Of a stretch of 64,000 bases of DNA, positions 1 through 13,008 are shown piece after piece. Position 1 is the stretch's first letter. The number at the start of each line of letters is the position of its first letter. Under the pieces are notes generated by a model. It had not been told where the DNA came from. It worked only from the letters and a program-made list of their open reading frames with translations, and did not search any database. Both the position numbers and the translations under genes were made by a program. This DNA comes from Lama guanicoe (Eukaryota): contig MU054212.1 of assembly GCA_013239625.1 (NCBI GenBank), positions 930,001-994,000 of the forward strand, read 5' to 3'.

Positions 1-182
1 CGTCTCCTGAGGCTCCCTGGACAAGCCCTCTGGCCCTGGGAGTCAGTGTTGGAGTCACCCACATTATACTGGCTGGAGCTGCCCCCTCTGTGCTCCAGGC
101 TCCTACTGCTCCCCCGACTGCCTGCACGGGTGTTTTCCTCTGTGCATTCACTTTCCTTTAGAGCAGAATAGCAGAAATAACC

Positions 183-629
183 TGTGTTAGTCAGAGTTCT
201 CCAGAGAAACAGAACCCGTCGGATGTGTGTATGTATGTATATATGTGTGTATATATATATATATTTATAGATGTATAGATTTACTTTAAGGAATCGGCTC
301 ACATGATTGTGGGACTGGAACCTCTAAAGTCTGCAGGATTGGTCAGCAGGCTGGAGATCCAGGGAGGGCTTGATGCTGCAGCTGGGGTCCTCAGGCTGTC
401 TGGAAGCAGAATTCCTTCTTCCTCCAGGACCTCAGTCTTTTCTCTTAAGGCCTTCAACTGATTAGATGAGGCCCACCCACACTGTGGCAAGTAACCTGCT
501 TTATTCAAGGTCAGCTGGTTTAAATATCAGTCACATATAACAAAACACCATTATAGCAGCATCTCAACAGGTGTTGATCAAATGTCTGAAGCCTGTAGCC
601 TAGATAACATGCAAAAATTAATCATCACG
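183..629 (-). mobile_element. MLT2-type (ERVL) solo LTR with internal (TG)n/(TA)n microsatellite
   Basis: Starts TGTGTTAGTCAGAGTTCTCCAGAGAAACAGAACC and ends AAAATTAATCATCAC, the reverse complement of the MLT2 LTR termini as recalled. Confidence 0.8.
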
Positions 630-1594
630 GAGCCCAAGAATGTCTCCCCAGTAATCTGCCCCTAGTTAGGGACTTGATCTCTGCAGACAGGCCAGCAGGG
701 AACCTGGGGCCATGAACGAACGCTGACCCAGACAGCAGAAGAGCTGAGTCCTTGTCCTTTTGTCTGCCAGGAGCTGGCTGGGGGCACTAGGCATGATTCT
801 TCACCTCTCTTACATTCGGTTTCTAGGCAGTGGTGCCGGGAACGTTGCTTCACACCGTGTGGATAATTCTCCAGCCCTCTTCTGGATTTCTAGCTCATTG
901 TGGTCAGGAAATGTGTGTTTTTCATATTCATCTCCACCTCCTCACCTAGTCATGGTGCCATTAAGCACAGTAGACCTTCATTCAAAGTCTGCTGGATGGA
1001 TGTGTATACAATAGGAGGGTGGAATGATGGTAAATTCTCCCAGGCCTGCCAGTCCCTAGCTGGGCCTCTCAGAACAAGTCACATAAACTGGTTGAAGTTC
1101 CAGGGAATTTGTAAATGAGGAGACGAGCAAAGTTTGCTTCCAGCAGCGAGTATTTTATGATTCCAACGAACAACTCTGGGCAAACGCTACCATTATCATT
1201 AGCAGAGAAGAGCAGTCTCAGAGTAACTCACCACTCATGGGTCTGGGCTGAGTGCTGTTGAAGAGAGCGAAAGCGGCATGGTCTCATCCCTTTGGGAGCG
1301 CCGCGCTCCAAGGCTTAGCGCCGTGGGGCTTTGCCGAGCCCAAGGACGCCTGCAAGTAAATCACTGGAATTGGCACTTTATCTCATGGATCTTTTCTCTC
1401 CCAAGGCCTCAACAAGTGTGGAATGTTTGAAACCTTGCAAACAGGTTGTGTATATATATATTCTTACTGCATACACCGAATATAAATTTGGAAGTCAGGA
1501 ATACTAATCCACTGATTCCTATTAATGCAGCGTGGGATGGTGTTCAGAGCACCTCCCGAGCACTGGGGGACTCAATGATCACAATGGTGATGTT

Positions 1595-1830
1595 AACAGG
1601 AGTGAGCACTCACTGAGCACTTCCTCTGTGCAAGCGCTGTGCATGATGCTCCCGATGCCTTGTGGCTGCTGATTCTCTAGCAATCTCATGAGGGAGTAGC
1701 ATCAACTCCAATTTCTAGAAAAGGAACCTGAGGCTTAGAGAGGCTAAGTCACGTGCATGATTGCATGGCTCCTAAGTGGTGGGGCTGGTGCTTGAATCCA
1801 GAAATGTCTGTCTCAGAGACTGAAGCCCTT
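1595..1830 (-). mobile_element. MIR SINE (degenerate)
   Basis: Core-like AAGGAACCTGAGGCTTAGAGAGGCTAAGTCAC...AAGTGGTGGGGCTGG...TTGAATCCAG; boundaries approximate. Confidence 0.65.
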
Positions 1831-2549
1831 TGCTGCAGGCTAGTTTGGTGACCTTGGAAATGTCACTTAACTTCTGAACTTCACTCTGTAACAGTGGAAT
1901 TCAACAAGGTAGCTTTCTCCAGTTCTTAAGATGTGAAACCCTCCAGCTTGGGAGGTCAGTGGGCCATTTCCACTGCTCTCCTCGTCCCAGAAGCAGGTCC
2001 TTGCAGAGTGAGTGCTGAGTGATGCTGAGTGAGTGACGCTGAGTGATGAGTGATACTGAAGCCCTGTGGGAGGTTAACTGCAGACACTGGGTGGAACCTG
2101 GCTGGGTGGGACGGAGCGGAGAGGGGAATGGCCAGAATCTCTTCTCTCCATCCAAGCGTGTTTTATTCAATATCTTGAGGTGGAAGAAGGAAAACTGGCA
2201 TGCTTTCCCCATCCATTCCCAACTCTGATGCGTCACTTTTTTCACAATTATTCAATTACACTTGACCTTGAGAAACAGAGCACGAGGAGAGGTGGATGGG
2301 GATAAAAGAGGGGAGAGTTGTAGGCCAGTCTGGACTGGGATGGTTTGCACTGGATCCCCAGTGGGATGAGGAATTAATGTGGCCCCTCCACTGAGTCACA
2401 TCCCCCATCTGCTGTTCCCTCTATCTTCCTCCGATGAGCGAGCACCATTACTGAATGTGAGAAGCTTCCCTAAAGCCCTCGTCCGTGGCCAGCCGGTCTT
2501 GCTGAATATGAAGTTAACAACAGCAAAACAAAACAGAAAAACAACCAGG

Positions 2550-2780
2550 AGCCCTTACTGATTGCTCAGTATGAGACAGGCACTGTCCCGAGCTCTTTCA
2601 AGTGTTATCCTATTTAATCCTGGCAACAACCTTGTCAAGTAGACGCTAATATTCCCACTTAAGAAAGGGGAAGCTGAGGCTTACAGCAGTTAGGTGACTT
2701 GCTTCAGGTTCCAAGTCTGATAAGAGGTGGAGCTGGAACTTGCATTTGGGTCTTTCTGGCCCCACCTCCATGCTCTTTTC
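2550..2780 (-). mobile_element. MIR SINE (degenerate)
   Basis: TTTAATCCTGGCAACAACC...GGGGAAGCTGAGGCTT...GTTAGGTGACTTGC core; boundaries approximate. Confidence 0.65.
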
Positions 2781-2830
2781 TGGGTCCCATGCCCCGCTGC
2801 CCTGGGTCTAACTGAGGTCTTTTCACCCAG

Positions 2831-2968
2831 CCTGCCAGTGTTCAGCCCTCGGCTCCTACCAGACGCCCTGCAACCCAGTGACTGGCCAGTGTGAATGCCA
2901 GCCGGGGATCACAGGACAGCGGTGTGACAGGTGTCTCTCCGGAGCCTCTGACTTCCCCCACTGCCAAG
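2831..2968 (+). CDS. LAMA3: Laminin alpha-3B exon ~13 (LE repeat)
   Basis: cag|CCTGC...CAAG|gtagg; encodes CQCSALGSYQTPCNPVTGQCECQPGITGQRCDRCLSGASDFPHCQ; 138 nt, phase 1-1. Confidence 0.95.
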
Positions 2969-4903
2969 GTAGGGAAGACACCAGGATGCCGGGGGGCGGG
3001 TTCCTGTCTGAAGTGGGAGCAGCCAGCCTCCCAGAGCCCACCACTGGTCACCTCTACACTCTTGACCCTAGTCTCCCTGGTTCCTCCCCAATTTTAGTCC
3101 ATTGAAAATGCTTACGTCAGATATGCATCTTCAAAGAAATCTAAAATGAGTTTTTCCTAAAATTTTTAAGAAAATTTTCATGTGTTATAAATTTGTGTTT
3201 CTTGGCTTGCATGTGAGTTCTCTGTATAGCAGTGTGGCAAAGGTGATCCCATTAGCTAAGGCAAATTCCCAAGGCATCGGGGCTTCTCTCTGGTTCGGGG
3301 TTGTGGCACCGACGTGGCTGCTCTGTCCATAGTCCCCTGCAGGTGTTCTGACAGGTCACCTTGCTGGTGAGCAGAGTAGGCCTTTGCTGGGTTTCTGCTC
3401 CTCTCTCTTTCTGCCGCTGGCCTCCTGGGGGCCTGTGTCATCACACCTCAGCACAGGTCTGAGGGGCCAGGAGTCGGGTGAACTGAGTTTATTTAGTTTG
3501 GAAAGAGTGAGGCAAGGAGGAAATGCTGTCCCAGGTCGTCGGTCCTCATCCCTCCTTAGATACAGGAGGTGAGAGTGTGCTGGGCTCCGTGGCACAGGGC
3601 ACAGACCAAGGACGCCCCAGGAATCCCCTTGTGTGCTCAGTGCCTGCAGCCTCCAGTGGCAAGTAGGTCCTGACCGCTGCTTTCAGGGGAAGGACCCTTT
3701 CTCTGCTGAGAAGGAGCTGTTTGTGAAAGGCTGACCCAGACGTTCCATCAGGAGGATGTGGTTTTCTCACAGCCCTTCCTGCTCCTGATGGCACTTGGAG
3801 CCTGGCATGTGGAGTCATTTGTCCAGATTGAGTCCCCAGAGCCTCACGGACCAGAATCCTCGAGACCAGGCTTTCTTGCCAGTGGAAACGGTAGCCAGCT
3901 GTCAGAGGAGGCTGCTCGCCTTGGAGAAGACCTGGAGGTCCCTGGAGAGGGACGCTGTCCTGGGCTGGGTGTCCTCGCCCCCACGGGCTCAAGAGTGGAA
4001 GAAAGTGCCGTGGGAAGTGCTGTGGCAGCCACGGCAGCCTCGGGAGGAGCCAAAGGCTCGGCAGGGCTGGGTTGGAAAACAGCAAGGAGCTGGAGGGTTG
4101 TGTTGATTATTACAGAAGAGTTCGAGAGCATCAAAAGAGAGAGAGAAGATGACCAAGGGGAAAGCTGAAGCAAAGAAAGACAGAGGAGACAATAAAGGCA
4201 AAAAGTCTAGGGAGCAGCATGTAAGAAAACAAGATCATATTATGGGTTTATTTAAATTATTTTAAAAAGCAGGCTCAGAGCAGGCTTACCCAACCTCACT
4301 TCATTTCTAATGCTGTATTGTAGCAATACTGAGACACTATAAGACCCCAGTTTATTGAAGAGATTATATTGGATTTGTAATACAATACTGACTAAGGCAA
4401 GAGAGCAAATTGATTTTAGAAATAATTTGAGTACAGGTGGGGAATAAAGGGGCTGTGATAATTAAGGAATTAAGCCTTGGTTAACTAAAAAATGTACTTA
4501 GAAAATTCTGTAACATCTAATTGGGCAATTATAAAAATCTCTTGATACAATACTGCCCTCTTCTGGATAATCCTAAAGATGTTCAAAAATCTAGACTCCC
4601 AGTCTCCCCCTCCCTATATCATCAGTTAGAAGTGAACTTTTAGTAGTAGGCAGGGGGTAGAGCTGTTCAGTGGCAGAAGGGGTGTGTGGGGATTAAGGAC
4701 CATAAAGATTATTCGCAGTGTCTTTTTCTGAGTTACATGCGAAGTCCTTGACCCTCTTCTATCAAAAAATATAAATGTAGATGCACTAGTTTTAAAAACA
4801 AGTCAATCTTAAAAACAAAACAAAACAACTCAAAACATCAAAACAAAGAGACAAACAAACATTAAAACCCCAGACATTTAAAACATTTCTGAATCATACA
4901 CAG

Positions 4904-4950
4904 GCTCCAGCAGTGCCTGCCATCCCGCCGGTACCCTGGACTCCAGCTTG
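4904..4950 (+). CDS. LAMA3: Laminin alpha-3B exon ~14 (47-nt exon)
   Basis: cag|GCTCC...TTG|gtgagt; encodes GSSSACHPAGTLDSSL; phase 1-0. Confidence 0.92.
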
Positions 4951-5879
4951 GTGAGTAGAGGTTTGTAAAATCAACTCTAACTATTGCTCTGATGCTTGCT
5001 TGAGACAAACACATTCGGGAGCTTCCTGAAATTAAAACGAAATTAAAGTAAGACCTGAGGCCGAATTACTTGAAGAGGCCATTGCTCTTTTTCAAAATGC
5101 GTATGTGAGACTGTGATTTTTTTTCGAAAACAAGAGAATATGGTTTATTTAATCTTTGAATTCTAGGCTCCTGGCGTTTAGCTCTTACTATAGGTTACTC
5201 TGAGGGCATTGCCACCCAGGAGCCCTTCACATAAGCCTGACACATATAATCAAAGTTAAGAAAATCAAAGATTAGTACACATTTAATAAAGCTGTCTGTG
5301 TACAAAGAAATTGCAGTTTATTTACTATTACTCCAAGCACAATACTATGGCATTCTGATTCATTTGTCTAAACACTTTGGAAGTTATCTGTCTTCTTAGC
5401 CTCAGAGCCTGGAGAAGCTGGAACAGAAGGGCTGGCTCTGCATCTTCACTCTGAGGCTCGGCGATGTTTCAGCAAGGCAGTGACTGTTGCACACTACAGA
5501 AACACTTGCAGATAAACATAATTTTCTACTGACTCTCAGCATGTTAAATATTCAGATGTTTTTCCATGTGAGTTTATAGTCCATGCTGGAACAGAATCAA
5601 CAGATAATGACAGTGTTACAAATAAGAGTAATTAAAAATGTTTCCTAAATTTTCCAATTTTGTTTTAAGCACAAACATGGATTATGTGTGCAACAAATAA
5701 ATAATAAAACGAAAGCAATGAGCAGGCTGTTGAAATCAACCCAGTACTTTTACTTCCCCTGGATACACTTAACTTACTTTTCACAACCAAAATGTGTTTC
5801 TGTGACAAGCTTTGTTCAGAACACTTGTTTGGAAAACTCTTAATTCTATGTCAGATGTTAGTGTGATTTTCTTTTTAAG

Positions 5880-5979
5880 GGGTATTGCCAATGCAAGCTT
5901 CATGTCGAAAGTCCTGCCTGTAGCATCTGCAAACCATTATATTGGAATCTGGCCAAAGGAAACCCCCATGGGTGTTCAG
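5880..5979 (+). CDS. LAMA3: Laminin alpha-3B exon ~15 (LE)
   Basis: aag|GGGTAT...TCAG|gtagg; GYCQCKLHVESPACSICKPLYWNLAKGNPHGCS; 100 nt. Confidence 0.95.
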
Positions 5980-6673
5980 GTAGGTTCTTCTACATACAAT
6001 ATTTTACTGTATTGTAACTTCCTTTTCTCTACCTCAGTGGCTAAACCCACAGAAGAGCTATTGACTTAATCTGTTCAATTTGTCTGAAATTCTGTATAAA
6101 TGTTTTGATGGGTTTTCCCCCACTCTTGGCAGAACTTCTGTCATCTTCAGAATCTCAGCAAGGGGTTTATATCCTGTTTCCATGTGTATCATGTTGTCTG
6201 TGATGGACGGCAGCTGCTTGATAAACGGTTTTTCTGCCTTGTTTTTATAATCCACTCTTTCCGATTTAATTTTATTTCCCTTTATGCTTAGATTGAAGCC
6301 AGGATAGGAACTTAAAAACCGCCAAGCTTAAGATGGCTAAGTGGAGCGAATATCCTTCCATAGGGTGTAATTTCATGTGAGCATGTCAATAATGACCTTG
6401 ACATCAGAATCAAAAAACCCCATGGTGTCGCAGTGTTTCTCTTTTATGCTTGGTCGTAAATGGACGAGTACTCTTTGTAGGTAGATGGTATTGATCTGAC
6501 TGTGCTGCTGATCCCAGAAAGCGGTCCAGCCTTAGGCCTCGGGCACAAACTGGAGTCCTGCTGAGCCGGCTAGAAAGTGGCTGTACGTGTCACGTTGAGG
6601 GTGTGTCCTGCTCCCAGAGCCGGGACTGCCCTTTGTGTGACCTTGGTCCAAGGCTGCTCTCTTATCTTCCCAG

Positions 6674-6726
6674 AGTGCCGATGCCACGTGGCGGGAACCG
6701 TGAGCGGAATTGGAGAGTGCGGACAG
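6674..6726 (+). CDS. LAMA3: Laminin alpha-3B exon ~16 (LE)
   Basis: cag|AGTGC...CAG|gtaacg; ECRCHVAGTVSGIGECGQ; 53 nt. Confidence 0.93.
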
Positions 6727-6958
6727 GTAACGTGGGCTGGTTTTTCCTGGGTGCCAGTAGACTAGCAGCAGTAGATTGTGGGGCTCCTGCAGGTGGGTGT
6801 TAGTGCCTCTGTAATTACACAGCACACGGTCATCCTCTTGGAAGTTTTCAGATCCTGATTACACTGCTTCGTATTACATAATGAGCCAGTTTTAAATCTT
6901 GAAGATTAGAGGATTCTGTAATCTTACCAAATTTTGTCATCTGCTCATTGTTCTGCAG

Positions 6959-7064
6959 TTGGATGGTGACTGTCACTGTAAGTCCCATGTCAGTGGTGAT
7001 TCCTGTGACACATGTGAAGATGGATATTTTGCTTTGGAAAAGGGCAATTACTTTGGGTGTCAAG
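6959..7064 (+). CDS. LAMA3: Laminin alpha-3B exon ~17 (LE)
   Basis: cag|TTGGAT...CAAG|gtaaat; LDGDCHCKSHVSGDSCDTCEDGYFALEKGNYFGCQ; 106 nt. Confidence 0.95.
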
Positions 7065-7411
7065 GTAAATCCCTTGAGCGGCGGGGGGGGCGGTTCCTGA
7101 GCAGGGCACAGGTGTTGATGGGCAAAGACTGTCGGAATAACCTTGCTTCTGACTTCACTGTCCTCTGGCAGACTTTCTGATGGGATGGGACTGAAAAACT
7201 CTGTCCTGGGAGATTGGCCAAACATTCCCTTAAAACTAGTAATAAATCACAGACAGGGCTGCTTCCACCTTTCTTCTACCAGCACGCTGTTGTTTTAATT
7301 ATTAAAAAAAAAACATAATTGGAATGGGTGGAGTCATGAGGGAGATGTAAATAATGTCACCACTTAGTACTTTCAAAGATACGTTTTGCATTATCAAAAA
7401 AGCTCCCGCAG

Positions 7412-7471
7412 GATAATATTGTGTTAAATGATACAGTTGCAGATAATATTGTGTTAAATGATACAGTTGCA
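7412..7471. repeat. Perfect 30-bp tandem duplication
   Basis: GATAATATTGTGTTAAATGATACAGTTGCA occurs twice head-to-tail. Confidence 0.95.
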
Positions 7472-7844
7472 GGGTCTGTCGCCCCACAAGGCTACTGTTG
7501 TATCTCTCAAGCAGCCTCTGCTTAGCACACGTTGTTTACAGTAGCGCTGTGTGGTGAAAGCATGTTCAGCTCCTGGGCTGCTGGCCCCTTACACTGCACA
7601 AAGTATTAGAGCTGGCCTACAAGTGCAGCTCCAGCTTTCAAGTGGACTCTCGGGGGGACATGCCATCTTACTTTGAGAGCTTCCTACATATTGCAGACAC
7701 CTGATGGATTTAAGATGTGGTGGGGGAAAGAAAGCACAACCCTGCAACCTTGGGTGTCCTGATTTCCGCTTCTCACCGAGGGAGGGAAAGCCTCCAGCGT
7801 GGAGATGCTTTGATGTGTGACCACAGCTGTTTCCCGACTTTCAG

Positions 7845-7944
7845 GATGTCAGTGTGACATTGGCGGAGCCGTCACCCCCATGTGCAGCGGGCCCTCTGGA
7901 GTCTGCCAGTGCCGAGAGCATGTCGTGGGGAAGGCCTGCCAGCG
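7845..7944 (+). CDS. LAMA3: Laminin alpha-3B exon ~18 (LE)
   Basis: cag|GATGT...CAGCG|gtgagt; GCQCDIGGAVTPMCSGPSGVCQCREHVVGKACQR; 100 nt. Confidence 0.95.
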
Positions 7945-10517
7945 GTGAGTCTTCAGGGAGGTCCCTTCCCGTACTGATGTCCTGAGGACTCTCTCAGGGA
8001 GTCCTGCCCGTGCTGACAGCTCTGGTGGAGAGAGAGGCAGACCCAAGGTGCGAGGGCAGTGAAGCTGTACTGTCATTTGCAGTCCGGACGCCTGTCAGTG
8101 AGTCTAATTAAAGCAGGAGGTAAAGTTGCCCTAAAAACTGTTCCACTTTGTACATAACAGAGTGGCCTCACTGGAAAGTTCCCATAGGTGAGATGCAGCA
8201 AGGTGGGTTCCCACAGCCCAGCCTCCATGGACGACTCACACATGGAGGAGCCCAGCAGACAGGAGGGCTCCTGGGCCAAGGAGATGCACTTCCTGCTTCT
8301 CCCTTGGGACCCATGACTGTGCGGAGTGGAGGGTAGGAAAACTTTAGCAATTTTATAAGAGAGGGCGTCTCTCATCTCATGCAGGAGGAAATTAAAAGAA
8401 ACTATTAAAAGAAAGAAAAAGGACCAAGGGAGCGAGGAGGAGCCTGAGGTCCGGGAGGCGGGATTGGGGGTGGTTATAGCAGGTCTGGGGCAGGCTGTCC
8501 TTTTGTCCGGCCTATTTAGCAATTTCTGTGTTTGTCTGAAGCCATGATCCACCTATTAATGGTCCCTTGGTGGAAGGAAGAAAACAACTAAGCTTTAGTA
8601 TTCTGACTTTTAATCATGTGCTGAAACTCTCATTAAGTGCACCTTCTTCTCAGCCTCCAGCACCTTCACTACTGCACTGCCGGCAGGTTCATAGTAACGC
8701 AGCCAGGGTGGGTCGTCTGTACCTGGAAGGCGCTTCTCTGCTTTTCCTCGGCGTTTCCAGCATTTGAATTCTCAGAGTCAGAGAGTCGCAGGGCCTCAGC
8801 AATAAGGCACGTCTGTAGTCTGTTCCCCTGCAGACCAGCGAGGCTCACGATGGACCAGAGGAACTTGATAAATTGGTTCAGAAACATTTTCCACCCATGT
8901 TTTACCTCTTTCCACCCTCCTGTTGATAAAGTGAGCTTTTGCCCTATTTAACCAGCGTGAGTTTTTTCCTCCTTCCAGCTCTGTTGGTGATTGGGTAATT
9001 TTGAAGTTAAAATAATGCGCCTGAATAGAATAAATCACCCACCCTGAGGCCAAAATATTGACTTTTGACATTACAGCCAATACATGTATATATGAAATTT
9101 AGATTGTCCTTGGATTTAGTGGTAGATGATCATGGAAATACAAGGATGGCTAACCAGCAATATAGATGCCACAGTACCTTTCCTCCAAGCTGATAAATCT
9201 TGAGGGTTTTTTTGTCCTAAATTCCTCCAAATGTTTGCTTATGATTCTGTCTGTGCATTTTGAGTTTTTCTTGCAAGTTTAGAAAGCTTTGCTTTCTAAA
9301 TAGTTTTTGTGATAATGTAATATGTGTTCATTGTAAGATTTTAATAAGTACCTGAAAGTAAAAAGGCAAAGAAGAATCTTCATTCCACCATCCAGATAAA
9401 ACCTCTTTTAGTATTTTTGTACATTTTTCTCTGAATAAAAATTAGTATTTTTAATATAAATTTTATTAATTTCTTCACCTGATATGAACATTTTCCACTG
9501 TAATTAAGTGTTTTCAAAATATTGATGGTTACATAATATTTAATAATTTCTTTGATTATTTCATAATTGTACACTTAAACATTGTTTCCAAGTTTTCATT
9601 ATTATAAAAATTATTTCATGTTAATTTTTGACACTGTAAAATCATTCTTTAGAATATACTCCTGAAAGTAGAATTACTGGGTCAATGGGAATGAACACTT
9701 TTAGGGATCTTTGTAAATTTCCTCCAGAAAAGTCATTAAGTGTTCCTAATTCTTTATGCAGTATTATGCAGTATAGGAACATGCTCTTTATTTCCTTTGA
9801 CTAATTGGCCTTTATGGCTTTAAATCCACTAACAGCTATTAGCTTGTGACCAGGTTGTCAAAATGTGCCATCTGAAGAACTTCAAAGTAGTTTGGATATA
9901 AAATGTCACAGAAGTGTTAGACTATTTTTGATCCTTCTCCGTGACCACTGTTATTGGACTCTTGAAAGGAATCTATTTATAGGCCTATAGTTTAAGAGAA
10001 AACAAGGCATAGAATAGTCATTCTAATGATCAAAATGTGTATATCCATACAGAGAAAATGCATCTAACTTGTAAACTTAGTGTGTGACGTGTTTTATGCC
10101 GTGTTCACTATGGTGCGTGGCAGTGGTGCCTGGCATAGATGTTAACATTTGTGTAATCAGTGATATGAGTATATAAATGAATGAATTTATAGTAAATGAC
10201 CCAGTTTGACTTTGCTAAACTGTAGGCAACCATTTAGAACATTTTAAAGGATCCTACCACTATGGGTTGTTCTAAATGATTTTCTCATTTGACTGCTTGG
10301 AATGAATAGGTGTTGGATGTATTTTCCGTGAATGTTCACATGAGTAAAAGCAATAATTTAGAGGAAAAAAGCAGGGGGCCTCTCTCACGTGTCCTTGTTT
10401 AATGCCTTCTGTCAATTTAGTGGGAATTCCTTCAGTGATAGCTGTTGGGATTAAAGGCTGTCAGATTATCAATGAACCTCACTTACTGTGTCCACGTTTA
10501 CTTTTTGTTTATAAAAG

Positions 10518-10674
10518 ACCCGAAAACAACTACTATTTCCCGGATTTGCATCATATGAGGTACGAGATTGAAGACGGCAGTACACCTCACGGAAGAGCAC
10601 TTCGGTTTGGATTTGACCCCCTGGAGTTTCCTGAGTTTAGCTGGAGAGGATATGCTCAGATGACCTCGGTGCAG
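10518..10674 (+). CDS. LAMA3: Laminin alpha-3B exon ~19 (start of L4a/LF region)
   Basis: aag|ACCC...CAG|gtaagt; [52 protein letters not shown]; 157 nt. Confidence 0.96.
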
Positions 10675-12875
10675 GTAAGTAGCGGGAGGGAACAGCCCCG
10701 GGCAGAGCAGCCTGGCTGCTCACCCCCAGCACCCTCGGGAAGCCGCCTAAAGGCGAGCTCGCCCCAAAACGGAGCCCAGGATTCTTGTTCTCCAGGTGTG
10801 GATGGGGCTCGGGTTAAGGGTGGATTTTAACTGATAAGCATATATCTCAGTTTCAGCATTTATTGTTAGTTTATGTTGGTCAACAAATCAGAAAATGGAG
10901 GGATTTTTTTTAAAAAAGGGGAAATGGTGTTTACCTCTGGAGACTTTTTGTAAGAAGTTTTCCAAACGAGGTTAGGCTATATTTTAACATGAGAGACATT
11001 TTTCTTCAAGTTCATTTGTGGAGAATAAAAATGAGTTGATTTAAGTAATTCCAATAAAGCTTGGATTGCTGATCTTTGACCAATGCTTTATTTTTTTTTA
11101 CTTTTTAAAAACTCTGAATTACTATATGAGTAGAAACTAAGATAAAGCAGGAGTTTTAGTCAGTGCTATTTAACTTTTCTTTTCTGTATTTCTCCTTTCC
11201 TCCAATCTCTCTTGCCTGTGCAGTGGAATAATTTAAGGAATTGACACATTGTCTGTTTACCTTTAGAACTTACACACGTTTGTAGCTAAACATTTCTGTG
11301 TAGTCATTGAAGTGTTGATCTCTTTATAAGGTTAGTCTCTTCAAGCTGTGTTTCTCAGTGGAGAAATTCAGAATAAAAGAGGCAAATGAATGGTGATGGT
11401 AACTCAGTATGTGTCCTCAGCAGATCTAAAACTGGTCCTTGTTCTTTCTAGCTCAGGCAGCCCTTACGGAAACAGGGATGGGTCCCAGCTCTTTTGGAGC
11501 CGTGCTGACTCTAACACTGCTACCTGCCAGGCAGAGTCTGCTGCCATCAGGGATGCCTTTCACTAACAATACCTAGGATCTTAAGACACATCACTGTTTT
11601 TCTCTTCTCCCCAAATACAGCAATTCAGTTTCTTTAGTTCTCTGATCTTTATTATTCTTAAAAAGGCAGTGCATTCCATTAAGTCATAATAGGATGTGAA
11701 TGACTAAGAGCGAAGGTATATACCTTCTCACAGATGTTTACAGTTTGAAAGAATAGCTGGTTAACACAAAGGAATGAATTTCTAATGATGAATTATTTTC
11801 TGTAAGTATTTTCATCAGAGGATTTGGATAGTGTTCCCTCGAATCACTACTTACTTGACTCTGCCTTAATACATTTTTGCATTTTTATTTTCCAACTTGG
11901 AACTAACATTTCAAGATTAATTCCATTAAGTTAAGGGAGACAGTGGGAGGTTCTCAGTGGGATCAGCTGCAGCTCCTGCTCCCAGAGGAAAGGTTCTACC
12001 CTTTATTGTCTTTATTGTCATAGACATCTGTTCACACAAGTCCCCTTCATTTTAACCAGAGGAACTGGAGGGAAGGCCCAAAGAACCCCTGATAGAGAAA
12101 TTTCCACGTTTCATGAATTTTCCTTGGGCTGCAGTTGGATCTGGACATGTGGTCTATGGTTCAGAATTAAAATAGTCTAATCTTTCCTTCAAGATTATGG
12201 GCTCAGAAACCCTTACATGGCATTGTGTGAGCGTCAGGGGCCTGGGGACCAACAGGACCCCCTTTCCCCAGCAGAGAGCCCACGTTCTTCTTGGACAGGG
12301 ATTGAGATCAAGTCCATATGATTTAGCAGGCAGATTTTGGGTACATCCAGATTTCATCACTAACGTGCATAGGCTCTCATAACCTCCTCAGCCACCATTG
12401 ATTTCTGTGTCTGTTTCAAATGTCCCGTACACGACATGGACTCTGGGTGGTGGCAGTAAGTAATACACTTCCTTCTCTTCTCCCTTTTTATGTCTCCCAG
12501 CCAGTGGTGGTTCCCCCGTCACCGTGGCTTTCTCTAAACTAACCCATCTAACATTCCGCTCTGTCTGCCTGATTAACTAAAAGGTCCAAAGAGGATCTCG
12601 GTTGCCAACGGAGTGCGTTTTCATTGTAGCTGTAAGTGTACGTGGTTTTCATTTATCATCCAACTTGCCTGTTTCTGTCTTCCACAGAGTTATTTACTTG
12701 GTCCCTGCTGGGTGGGTGTCAATGGGTGTGTGTTTGAGTGTGAGTATGTGTGTGCGTGGTGTGCGTATGTAGTCTCACTGCAAGCCCAGCAGTGAAACTT
12801 GAGCAAAGTCTCTGACTAGCATTTCTTTTGACCAGTTGTCTCTTCTATACTGTATGCTTTTGCGGTATTTTTCAG

Positions 12876-13008
12876 AATGAAGTAAGGATCGTGTTGAACG
12901 TGGGGAAGTCAAGTCTCTCCTTGTTTCGCATTATTCTGAGATATATTAACCCTGGACCTGAAGCAGTAACTGGCCGTGTAACTATTTATCCATCCCGGGC
13001 TAAGGCAG
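12876..13008 (+). CDS. LAMA3: Laminin alpha-3B exon ~20
   Basis: cag|AATGAA...GGCAG|gtaggt; NEVRIVLNVGKSSLSLFRIILRYINPGPEAVTGRVTIYPSRAKA; 133 nt; donor chosen because the next exon requires phase 1. Confidence 0.88.

Noticed and set aside
2005..2060. Short TGAGTGA-rich repeats that look array-like
   Set aside because: Degenerate simple repeat with no unique spacers; CRISPR is not applicable in this mammalian DNA
3546..4201. Cluster of overlapping 70-179 aa ORFs on both strands in intron 13
   Set aside because: GC-rich intron with no recognisable domain or supporting splice structure; consistent with chance ORFs
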